Below, in pieces: positions 56,840 to 64,000 of a DNA stretch of 64,000 bases. Under the pieces are notes generated by a model that did not search any database, was not told where the DNA came from, and saw nothing but the letters and a program-made list of their open reading frames with translations. Both the position numbers and the translations under genes were made by a program. How positions within the stretch are numbered: the stretch's first letter is position 1; the number at the start of each line of letters is the position of its first letter. Origin of the DNA: an uncultured bacterium. GTDB lineage: Bacteria; Eisenbacteria; RBG-16-71-46. The stretch spans positions 379 through 64,378 of the forward strand of contig CAZIVR010000007.1 in the NCBI GenBank assembly GCA_964542745.1, given 5' to 3'.

Positions 56840-59233
56840 TTGTATCCTCGCCGCGCCATGAACCGACACTTCCATCACGGGGACTCCTCCGGCGCGGTGC
56901 CCGCCGAGGCGCCGGCGCATCCGCCGCGCGTCGAGGACGGCGAGGGTTGCCTCGAGATCCTCTCGGACCGGCTGCGGCAGAGCCCGGGCGTGGTGGCGAT
57001 CGAGGCCAACTTCCGCGACAGCACGCTGACCGTGCGCTACCAGCCGGACCGCGTGCTGCCCGACCAGCTGAACGCGCTCGCCGACGAGGTGGGGGCCCTG
57101 TTCGCGCAGCGCGTCACCACCTGCGAGCAGCGCCAGTCGCTCGGCGCGTGCGACGAGTGCGCGATGCGGCTGGGCAGGATCCCGCCCGCCGAGCAACGCG
57201 AGTTCGTGGCGGTGGCCGACCCGGGCCGCGTCGGGCTCACCCGGCGCTCGGTGCCGGCCGAGAGCGTCGAGATGGTGCGACCGCTCGCCACCACCAAGGC
57301 GTGGGGGGCGCGCCATAGCGCGGCCGAGCAGGAGCACCTCGCGAAGGGCCGCGCCATGGCCGTGCTCACCGGCGCCTGCCTCGTGCTGCTGGTCGCGGGG
57401 ATCGTGCTCGAGCGCACGGTCGCGGACGCGCGCTATCACCACGCCGCCTACGTGCTGTCGGCGATCGCGGGCGGCTGGTTCACGCTGCGCTCGACGATCC
57501 GCTCGCTCGCGAAGCTGTCCTTCGACGTCAACCTGCTCATGCTGCTCGCGGCGCTGGGCGCGGGGATCATCGGCTACGTGGCCGAGGCCGCCACCCTGAT
57601 GTTCCTGTTCTCGCTCAGCAACACGCTCGAGGTCTACACGATGGGGCGCACGCGCCGCGCCCTCACCGCGCTCCTCAAGCTGCGGCCCTCGCGCGCGCTG
57701 GTGCGGCGCGGCGGGCGCGAGATCGAGGTGGACGCCGAGAGCGTTGCGGTCGGTGAGATCGTGATCGTCAAGCCCGGGCAGGCGATCCCGGTGGACGGGA
57801 TCGTCGTCTCGGGCGAGTCGCTGGTGGACCAGAGCAGCCTCACCGGCGAGTCGGTGCCGGTCACCAAGGCGCGCCACGATTCGATCTTCGCGGGCACCCT
57901 GAACCAGCAGGGCGCGATCGAGGCCGAGACCACGCGCACCGCCGGCGACACCACGCTCGCGCGCATCGTGGCGCTGGTGAGCGAGGCGCAGGAGCAGAAG
58001 TCCCGCACCGAGGAAGTGGCGGACTGGGTGGGCCGCTACTACACGGTGGCCGTGATGGTCGCGGCCGGCCTCATGATCGTGGTGCCGCCCTTCCTGCTCG
58101 GCCACCCGTTCGCCGAGTCGTTCTACCGCGCGATGACCCTGCTGGTCGTGGCCTCGCCCTGCGCGCTCGTGATCGCCACGCCCTCCACCATCCTGTCGGC
58201 GATCGCGAGTGCGGCGCGCAACGGCGTGCTCTTCAAGGGCGGCAGGCACATCGAGGCGATGGGCCGGGTGAGGGCGGTGGCCTTCGACAAGACCGGGACG
58301 CTCACGCTCGGCCGCTTCGAGGTGACCGACGTGATCGCGCTCGGCGGCGCGAGCGAAGCCGACGTGCTCGGCTGGGCGGCCTCGGCCGAGAAGCGCTCGC
58401 AGCACCCGCTCGCGCAGGCGGTGGTGCGGGCCGCGGACGGCCGCGGGCTCGCGGTGGCGCCGGCGAGCGCGCTCACCTCGCACCTCGGCAAGGGACTGGT
58501 GGCGACCGTGGCCGGCGCGACGGTCGAGGTGGGAACGCCCGAGCTGTTCGAGTCGCTGGGTGTTCCCGCGCCCGCCGACGGACTCGCCCACGTCGAGCGA
58601 CTGCGCCGCGAGGCCAAGACCGCGATGCTGGTGCGGCGCGGTTCGGGCTGGGGCGTGATCGCGGCCGCCGACCAGTTGCGCCCGGTCGCGGCCGAGACCA
58701 TCGCCGCGCTCAAGCGCCAGGGCGTGCGCTCGGTGGCGCTGCTCTCGGGCGACAGCGCCCACACGGTCGCGGCGATCGCGGCGCGCGCCGGCGTGGACGA
58801 GCACCAGGGCGGCCTGCTGCCCGAGGACAAAGTCAACGCCATCGCGGAGCTGGAGAAGCGGCACGGCGCGGTGGCGATGGTGGGGGACGGCGTGAACGAT
58901 GCCCCGGCGCTGGCGCGCGCCACGGTCGGCGTGGCGATGGGCGGGATCGGCAGCGACGCCGCCATGGAGAGCGCCGACGTGGTGCTGATGAGCGACGATC
59001 TCACCGCGCTCCCCTTCGCCCTCCGGCTCGCCCGCAAGGCGCGCGTGGTGGTGATCCAGAACGTCACCATCGCGGTGGGGGTGATGGCGCTGCTCGTGGT
59101 CTGGGTGTTCCTCGGCCAGCACACCCCGTTCGGCGCGTTGCGGCTGCCGGTGGCGGTGAGCGGCCACGAGGGGAGCACCGTGCTCGTCATCCTGAACGGC
59201 CTGCGGCTGCTCGCGGAGCGCCGCGGGAGGTAG
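56840..59233 (+). CDS. P1B-type heavy-metal-translocating ATPase (SPC-motif subgroup, P1B-4-like)
   Basis: DKTGTLT phosphorylation motif, GDGVNDAPAL hinge motif, TM6 SPC motif (VVASPCALVIATP). His-rich N-terminus (MNRHFHHGD) plus cysteine-containing segment (CEQRQSLGACDECAM). Confidence 0.85.
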   Translation: MYPRRAMNRHFHHGDSSGAVPAEAPAHPPRVEDGEGCLEILSDRLRQSPGVVAIEANFRDSTLTVRYQPDRVLPDQLNALADEVGALFAQRVTTCEQRQSLGACDECAMRLGRIPPAEQREFVAVADPGRVGLTRRSVPAESVEMVRPLATTKAWGARHSAAEQEHLAKGRAMAVLTGACLVLLVAGIVLERTVADARYHHAAYVLSAIAGGWFTLRSTIRSLAKLSFDVNLLMLLAALGAGIIGYVAEAATLMFLFSLSNTLEVYTMGRTRRALTALLKLRPSRALVRRGGREIEVDAESVAVGEIVIVKPGQAIPVDGIVVSGESLVDQSSLTGESVPVTKARHDSIFAGTLNQQGAIEAETTRTAGDTTLARIVALVSEAQEQKSRTEEVADWVGRYYTVAVMVAAGLMIVVPPFLLGHPFAESFYRAMTLLVVASPCALVIATPSTILSAIASAARNGVLFKGGRHIEAMGRVRAVAFDKTGTLTLGRFEVTDVIALGGASEADVLGWAASAEKRSQHPLAQAVVRAADGRGLAVAPASALTSHLGKGLVATVAGATVEVGTPELFESLGVPAPADGLAHVERLRREAKTAMLVRRGSGWGVIAAADQLRPVAAETIAALKRQGVRSVALLSGDSAHTVAAIAARAGVDEHQGGLLPEDKVNAIAELEKRHGAVAMVGDGVNDAPALARATVGVAMGGIGSDAAMESADVVLMSDDLTALPFALRLARKARVVVIQNVTIAVGVMALLVVWVFLGQHTPFGALRLPVAVSGHEGSTVLVILNGLRLLAERRGR

Positions 59234-59357
59234 CGGCGCGGGAGCCGGCGGCGCCTAACGTTCCGGTGCCGCGCCGCGCCGCCCGCCCGTCGCGATGCCG
59301 GTCGCGCCGCCCGTGCGCGATGCCTGCCGCTCCGGTCGCGCCGCCCGTGCGCGCCGC

Positions 59358-61289
59358 CTACCGCTCCGGGGCCGCCGCCCGCTCGATCATCCGCTCGAGG
59401 AGCGCCCGCGACTCGGGCCGATATTCGAGGGTCGAGAGCGTGTCGAGCTGCGCGCGGGCCTCCGGCAGCCGCCCGAGCCGCGCCAGCGTGATGCCGAGCC
59501 CGGCGCGCGCGTCGGCGGAGCGCGGGAAGAGGCGCACCGCGCGGGCGAAGGCCGCGGCCGCCTCGGGGACCCGCCCGCCGCGATCGGCGATCGCGCCGGC
59601 CAGCGTCCACACCATGGCCGAGCCCGAGTCCGCGGCCAGCGCCCGCGCGATGCGCCCCTCGGCGAGCGGCAGGGTCCCGGAGGCCAGCGCCTCGGCGGCG
59701 AGCCCGGCGTCGGCGCGCACCGCGGGATCCATCAGGTGGGTGCGGCCCGGCTGCCACGCGAACACGCGGAGCACCTCGGGGTTCGGGTCGGCCGTGAACA
59801 GCGGCTCCTGGTTGTCCACCGGCTGCCAGCTCTCGAGCACCGCGAGGTGGGTGACCCCGCGCGCCTCGAACAGCCGCGCGAGGAAGGCCGCGTAGTCGGG
59901 TTTCAGGAGGTGGGGCACGACCTCGGGCGTCACGAGCCCGGCCATGTCCACGATCGGGCGCCGCGCGTGGAAGGCGATCGCTCCCACGTCGTGGGTGGCG
60001 ATCACCGCGTTCGCCGGCGTGTGCTGGGCGAGCCAGCGCCCGGCCCGCACGTGGCGGTCGAGGTGGTAGCGCGAGAAGGCGGCATATTCGCCGAGGAACG
60101 GCGCGAAGGTGAACGCCTGCACCGCGAGCGGCACCACCACCAGCAGCGGGGCGAGGGACCGGGCCCACGGCCGCGCGGCGCCGCCGCGGGCGGGGCCCGC
60201 GGCCCAGCCCGCGAGCTCGCGCATCCCCACCGCGCCCGCGATCGCGAGGGCGGGGAGCGCGGGGACGAGGTAGCGGTTGAAGCGGTGCGAGTAGGGCAGC
60301 ACCACCGCGTAGGCCAGCACCAGCGCCAGCGCCCAGCCCAGCTCGGCCCGCACCGAGGCGCGCGGCGCGGCGCCCGCGCCATCCCGCGGCGGCCGCAGCT
60401 CGAACGCCGCCACCAGCAGCGCGAGCGGGAGCATCGCCATCCAGCCGCCCGCGACGGTCGCCGCCACGTCGTCCGAGAGGAACGCGGTGAAGGGCTTGCC
60501 CGCGTAGTAGGCGGCCTTGGCGGCGAGCGTGTTGGGAAACGCGGTGTGGCCCGTGAGCCAGTTGAAGCCGACGTAGGCCGCGACCAGCGCGGCCAGCGCG
60601 GCGAGACCCGTGGCCGGGCGGCGCGGCGCGCGGCGCGCGATCAGCGCGTCGAGCGCGAACACGCCCGCCAGCACCAGCGCCTCGGGGCGCACCCACACCG
60701 TGGCGCCGAGGGCGGCGCCCGCGCCGCGCGCGTCGTCGCGGGACCACGCGAGGAAGGCGAGCGAGAGCCCGAGCAGGAACAGGCTGGTCTCCATGCCCGA
60801 AACCGCGAGCAGGCCGAAGCGGCCGTCGAGCGCCACCATCGTGACCGCGAAGGCGGCCCAGCCCGCGGACCCGGTGCGCCGCAGCGCCCAGCGCGCGAAC
60901 GCGACGAGGAACGCGGCGTGGGCGGCGAGCCCGAGCCCGAGCCCCACCAGCACCTCGTTGCGGCTCGCGAACCAGAGCAGGGCCTCGAGCAGCGTGAAGA
61001 GCGGCGCCGTGGACCCGGCCGTGGTGCGGTCCCCGGGGAAGTAGCTGAACGCGCCGTGCTCCGCGAGGTTGCGCGCGTACTGGAGGTGGATCCAGGCGTC
61101 GTCCACCGGGAACGAGAGCGGGTCGCCGGCGGCCAGGGCTCGCGCCAGCATCGCGGCCGGCACCACGAGCCCGAGCACGATCGCGGCCGGAAGCAGCCAC
61201 GCGGGCGCCGCGTAGGGCGCGGGGGCGCGGGCGGCGGCGGGCCGCGCGCGGGCGGGAGTCGGGGAGGAGCCGGGTCGGCGCGCTTTCAT
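59358..61289 (-). CDS. Polytopic membrane protein with a C-terminal TPR domain (GT39/PMT-like or DUF2723-like), similar in architecture to the gene at 21..1418
   Basis: At least ten hydrophobic helices followed by TPR-like repeats (AIADRGGRVPEAAAAFARAVRLFPRSADARAGLGITLARLGRLPEA). The start was chosen at MKARRPG. Confidence 0.55.
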   Translation of the reverse strand: MKARRPGSSPTPARARPAAARAPAPYAAPAWLLPAAIVLGLVVPAAMLARALAAGDPLSFPVDDAWIHLQYARNLAEHGAFSYFPGDRTTAGSTAPLFTLLEALLWFASRNEVLVGLGLGLAAHAAFLVAFARWALRRTGSAGWAAFAVTMVALDGRFGLLAVSGMETSLFLLGLSLAFLAWSRDDARGAGAALGATVWVRPEALVLAGVFALDALIARRAPRRPATGLAALAALVAAYVGFNWLTGHTAFPNTLAAKAAYYAGKPFTAFLSDDVAATVAGGWMAMLPLALLVAAFELRPPRDGAGAAPRASVRAELGWALALVLAYAVVLPYSHRFNRYLVPALPALAIAGAVGMRELAGWAAGPARGGAARPWARSLAPLLVVVPLAVQAFTFAPFLGEYAAFSRYHLDRHVRAGRWLAQHTPANAVIATHDVGAIAFHARRPIVDMAGLVTPEVVPHLLKPDYAAFLARLFEARGVTHLAVLESWQPVDNQEPLFTADPNPEVLRVFAWQPGRTHLMDPAVRADAGLAAEALASGTLPLAEGRIARALAADSGSAMVWTLAGAIADRGGRVPEAAAAFARAVRLFPRSADARAGLGITLARLGRLPEARAQLDTLSTLEYRPESRALLERMIERAAAPER

Positions 61290-61386
61290 GAGCCCGGGAC
61301 AATAGTGGCAGTCGGCGCCGGACCGCCACGGCGGGTCGCCGCGCCGAACCGCCACGCCGGACCGCCGCGGCGGATCGCGAGTCGGG

Positions 61387-62073
61387 CTACGGGAGCGGCG
61401 TCACCACCACGTTGTCGTAGTACACCGTGCACTCGCCCACGCCGCCGGTGTAGGCGGCCAGCGCGATGCGCCCGCGCGGGCGCGAATTGCGCGGGTCGCT
61501 GCGGTCGATCTTAAGCTCCCCGTTCACGAACACGCGCACCCTCGGCCCCTGCACCTCGACCCGCAGGTGGTGCCACACGCCGTTGCCGTTGATCGCCGGC
61601 GCGCGCCCCATCGGCCACTCGCGGCGGTGCAGCAGCACGTCCTGGTAACCGGGCCCGCGCAGGTCCACCGCGAGCCCGCTCCCGCCGATCACCCGGACGG
61701 CGACGCCCTTGTCCACGCCGCGCATGCCGCACACGTCGAGGTCCACCGCGTAGTCCTCCCAGTCCTCCGAGCCCGCGTAGAGGAACGAGCGCTCCTGCTT
61801 GGCGTCCGGGAGATCCGCGCGCAGCATGCCGCGGCGGATCGTCCACACGCCCTCGCGGTCGGCTTCCCAGCGCTCGAGCCCGTGCGAGAAGTCGTCGGCC
61901 AGGAGGGCGCCCTTCGGGCGCTCGAACGCCGGGCTCGCGTGGGGGAGCGCGTTGCGTGCCGAGTCGGCGGAGCCGCCGCCCACCAGCAGCAGCGAGCCCG
62001 CGACGAGGGCCAGCCGTGCGATCCGGTTCGAGGTCACGAGGCTCAACGTGCGCGCATCCTCCGGGGGCGTCAA
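61387..62073 (-). CDS. Secreted DUF1080/LamG-like (3-keto-disaccharide hydrolase family) protein
   Basis: Signal anchor (IARLALVAGSLLLVGGG). Motifs typical of DUF1080 jelly-roll proteins (FERWEADREGVWTIRRGML...HLRVEVQG...VFVNGEL). Confidence 0.5.
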   Translation of the reverse strand: MTPPEDARTLSLVTSNRIARLALVAGSLLLVGGGSADSARNALPHASPAFERPKGALLADDFSHGLERWEADREGVWTIRRGMLRADLPDAKQERSFLYAGSEDWEDYAVDLDVCGMRGVDKGVAVRVIGGSGLAVDLRGPGYQDVLLHRREWPMGRAPAINGNGVWHHLRVEVQGPRVRVFVNGELKIDRSDPRNSRPRGRIALAAYTGGVGECTVYYDNVVVTPLP

Positions 62074-62258
62074 ACCGCGGCTCGCGCGGGAGGGTCCCCG
62101 GGGTTATCGGCCGCGTCCCCCGGCGGGGCCAGCCGGGTCTCCGGGGCCGGACCGGCCGGGGCGCGGCCGGGCCGCGATCCACGCGGCTCCGGGGCGCGTG
62201 ACCCCGTGGCCCCGCCGCGTTTGGCCGGCCCCGGACCCCCTGCTATGGTGCGCCCTCG

Positions 62259-63179
62259 ATGGCCCCCCGCAAGCGAAACATCGAAATCATCGGCATTCCC
62301 GTGGACCTCGGCGCCGGACGCCGCGGCGTGGACATGGGGCCTTCGGCGATCCGCATCGCCGACCTCGAGCCCCGCCTCGAGGGCCTCGGGCACCGCGTCG
62401 TGGACTTCGGCGACATCGACGTGGTGATCCCCGAAACCCAGAAGGTGGGCGCCGGGAAGCTGCGCTACAAGGCCCCGATCCTCGCCGCCTGCGACCAGCT
62501 CCGGAAGCAGGTCGAGCGCAGCCTCGGCGAGGGGCGCATCCCGCTGGTGCTGGGCGGCGACCACAGCATCGCGATCGGCTCGGTGGCGGGCAGCAGCAAC
62601 CACTTCGCGCGGCAGGGCGAGAACGTCGGGCTGATCTGGTTCGACGCGCACGGCGACGCCAACACCCCCGAGACCACGCCGTCGGGGAACATCCACGGCA
62701 TGTCGCTGGCCGTCTCGCTCGGCCTCGGCGACCCCGACCTCGTGAACCTGGGCGGCCGCGCTCCCAAGGTGATGCCGAGCAACACCGTGCTGATCGGCTG
62801 CCGCGACCTCGATCCCGGCGAGCGCGCCACGCTCAAGAAGAGCGGGGCGACCGTCTACACGATGCGCGACATTGACGAGCGCGGCATGCGCGACGTGGTG
62901 GACGAGGCGATCCGGCTCGCGAGCGACAACACCGCGGGCATCCACCTCTCGTTCGACCTCGACGTGGTGGACCCCGAGGACGCGCCCGGAACCGGGACGC
63001 CAGTGTGGGGCGGGATCACCTACCGCGAGGCGCACCTCGCCATGGAAATGCTCGCGGACCGCGCCCAGATCGTGGCGCTCGACCTCGTCGAAGTGAACCC
63101 CGTGCTCGACAGCCAGAACATGACCGGCATCCTCGCCGCCGAGCTCGCCCAGAGCGCGCTCGGCAAGCGCATCCTCTGA
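62259..63179 (+). CDS. rocF: Arginase (ureohydrolase family)
   Basis: Manganese-binding motifs GGDHSIAIG, DAHGD and SFDLDVVDP. 306 aa. Confidence 0.85.
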   Translation: MAPRKRNIEIIGIPVDLGAGRRGVDMGPSAIRIADLEPRLEGLGHRVVDFGDIDVVIPETQKVGAGKLRYKAPILAACDQLRKQVERSLGEGRIPLVLGGDHSIAIGSVAGSSNHFARQGENVGLIWFDAHGDANTPETTPSGNIHGMSLAVSLGLGDPDLVNLGGRAPKVMPSNTVLIGCRDLDPGERATLKKSGATVYTMRDIDERGMRDVVDEAIRLASDNTAGIHLSFDLDVVDPEDAPGTGTPVWGGITYREAHLAMEMLADRAQIVALDLVEVNPVLDSQNMTGILAAELAQSALGKRIL

Positions 63180-63211
63180 CCGGCCCCGGAGCCCGGAACC
63201 CCCGAGAACCG

Positions 63212-63745
63212 ATGACCCGACACCGCAGGCTGTGGGCGCAGGCGACGCTGCTGTTCGGGCTTGCCCTGCTGCTCGGCTGCGGGGCGGGCGAGCCGGGCGA
63301 CGGCGCCCGGGCCACGGCCGGGACTTCGGCCGCGGCGGCGCCGGCGCGCACCGCCTCGGTGTCGTCCGAGGGGACGCGCGTCGTGTCGGCGACCTCGCGG
63401 GACGCGACGGTCGCCGGGGACTCCGAGGCGCTCGAGCCCCGGCATCCCGAGGTCGGCTTCCGTTCGCGGGAGCGCCTGACCGAGCATTTCCGCAAGCACG
63501 GCCGCGAGTTCCGGGTGAAGCGCGCCGACGACTACCTGCGGCTCGCCCAGATCCTGCGCGACCGGCCGCGCGGCGAGGAGGTGCTGGAGTTCGTGCGCAA
63601 CGACGCGGTGACCTGCAAGTTCGACCGCGCGAGCGGCGCCTTCGTCGCCTACAACTCCGACGGCACGCTGCGCACCTTCTTCAAGCCGCGCGACGGCGAG
63701 GCGTATTTCGAGCGCCAGAAGTCGCGCGCCGGGGACGCTCCATGA
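63212..63745 (+). CDS. Hypothetical lipoprotein
   Basis: Signal peptide with lipobox (LLFGLALLLGCGAG). Confidence 0.45.
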   Translation: MTRHRRLWAQATLLFGLALLLGCGAGEPGDGARATAGTSAAAAPARTASVSSEGTRVVSATSRDATVAGDSEALEPRHPEVGFRSRERLTEHFRKHGREFRVKRADDYLRLAQILRDRPRGEEVLEFVRNDAVTCKFDRASGAFVAYNSDGTLRTFFKPRDGEAYFERQKSRAGDAP

Positions 63746-63854
63746 CGCGCGACTCCCGAGTCCGAGGCGGCGCGCGCGGGAGGCGGACGGGGCGCGGGCC
63801 GCTGGCCGGCCGCGCCGCCGGCTGCCCGAATCCCGCTCCCGGGGGGCCCGGACG

Positions 63855-64000
63855 ATGAGCGTCGGCGAGATCAAGGAGTTCCTGCGCGGACGCGGCTGCC
63901 CGGAGGGCGTGGTGTCCGCGGGCGTCGAGGGCCTGATCGAGGAATGGGAGCGGGTGGTCGGGCAGGTCGAGGCGGGCTACCCGCTCGGCCTCGACGACTA
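63855..64000 (+). CDS. Hypothetical protein, 3'-truncated by the window edge
   Basis: ATG at 63855. The frame stays open to the window end (MSVGEIKEFLRGRGCPEGVV...). Not evaluable further. Confidence 0.25.
   Translation, partial: MSVGEIKEFLRGRGCPEGVVSAGVEGLIEEWERVVGQVEAGYPLGLDD

Overview
This 64 kb window has about 72% GC and reads as a contiguous chromosomal segment from a Gram-negative, diderm bacterium. The evidence for that is several C-terminal-Phe outer-membrane beta-barrels, a TonB-dependent receptor, and seven secreted proteins that share a C-terminal sorting-type domain. The surrounding domain types (SBBP and Kelch beta-propellers) are common in Gemmatimonadota-like lineages or candidate phyla, but the sequence alone does not settle the phylum. 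No rRNA, tRNA, CRISPR array or obvious mobile element is present. Many very long ORFs in the six-frame track, up to 1934 aa, are alternative-frame artefacts of the GC bias. They were rejected in favour of about 45 genes with believable composition and motifs.

The two most interesting regions are these:

- **32.5-37.0 kb:** a compact module for moving electrons across the cell envelope. It encodes a decahaem MtrA-type cytochrome, an MtrB/PioB-type 700-aa porin, a monohaem class-I cytochrome c, a NapC/CymA-type membrane tetrahaem quinol dehydrogenase (one of its haem motifs is an atypical CX4CH), and a small two-helix membrane protein.
- **41.3-56.7 kb:** a co-oriented cluster of large secreted proteins that all end in the same ~80-aa sorting-type C-terminal domain (FlgD-Ig-like / T9SS-type). 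It contains two tandem paralogues that fuse a YVTN beta-propeller to a di-haem cytochrome-c-peroxidase-like domain, a 1489-aa multidomain SBBP/LamG protein, a lipoprotein, and two lower-GC paralogues whose last ~0.6 kb are nearly identical at the DNA level. The cluster is bracketed upstream by a TetR repressor with a tandem palindromic operator and a heavy-metal-associated (HMA) protein, and downstream by a P1B-type ATPase with an SPC motif.

Other notable content:

- A translationally coupled Mre11/SbcD-like nuclease and a 963-aa Rad50/SbcC-like ATPase. The ATPase has a transmembrane hairpin at the coiled-coil apex where the zinc hook would normally sit.
- An ECF sigma factor and zinc anti-sigma pair.
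- A thioredoxin-like DUF255 protein coupled to DsbD.
- TldD/PmbA.
- A cell-envelope glycosyltransferase pair (GT2 and an MraY/WecA-type enzyme).
- Arginase.
- A 21-bp tandem iteron with GTTC cores at 10-11 bp phasing upstream of the TonB-dependent receptor. A related motif recurs upstream of the first beta-propeller/di-haem paralogue.
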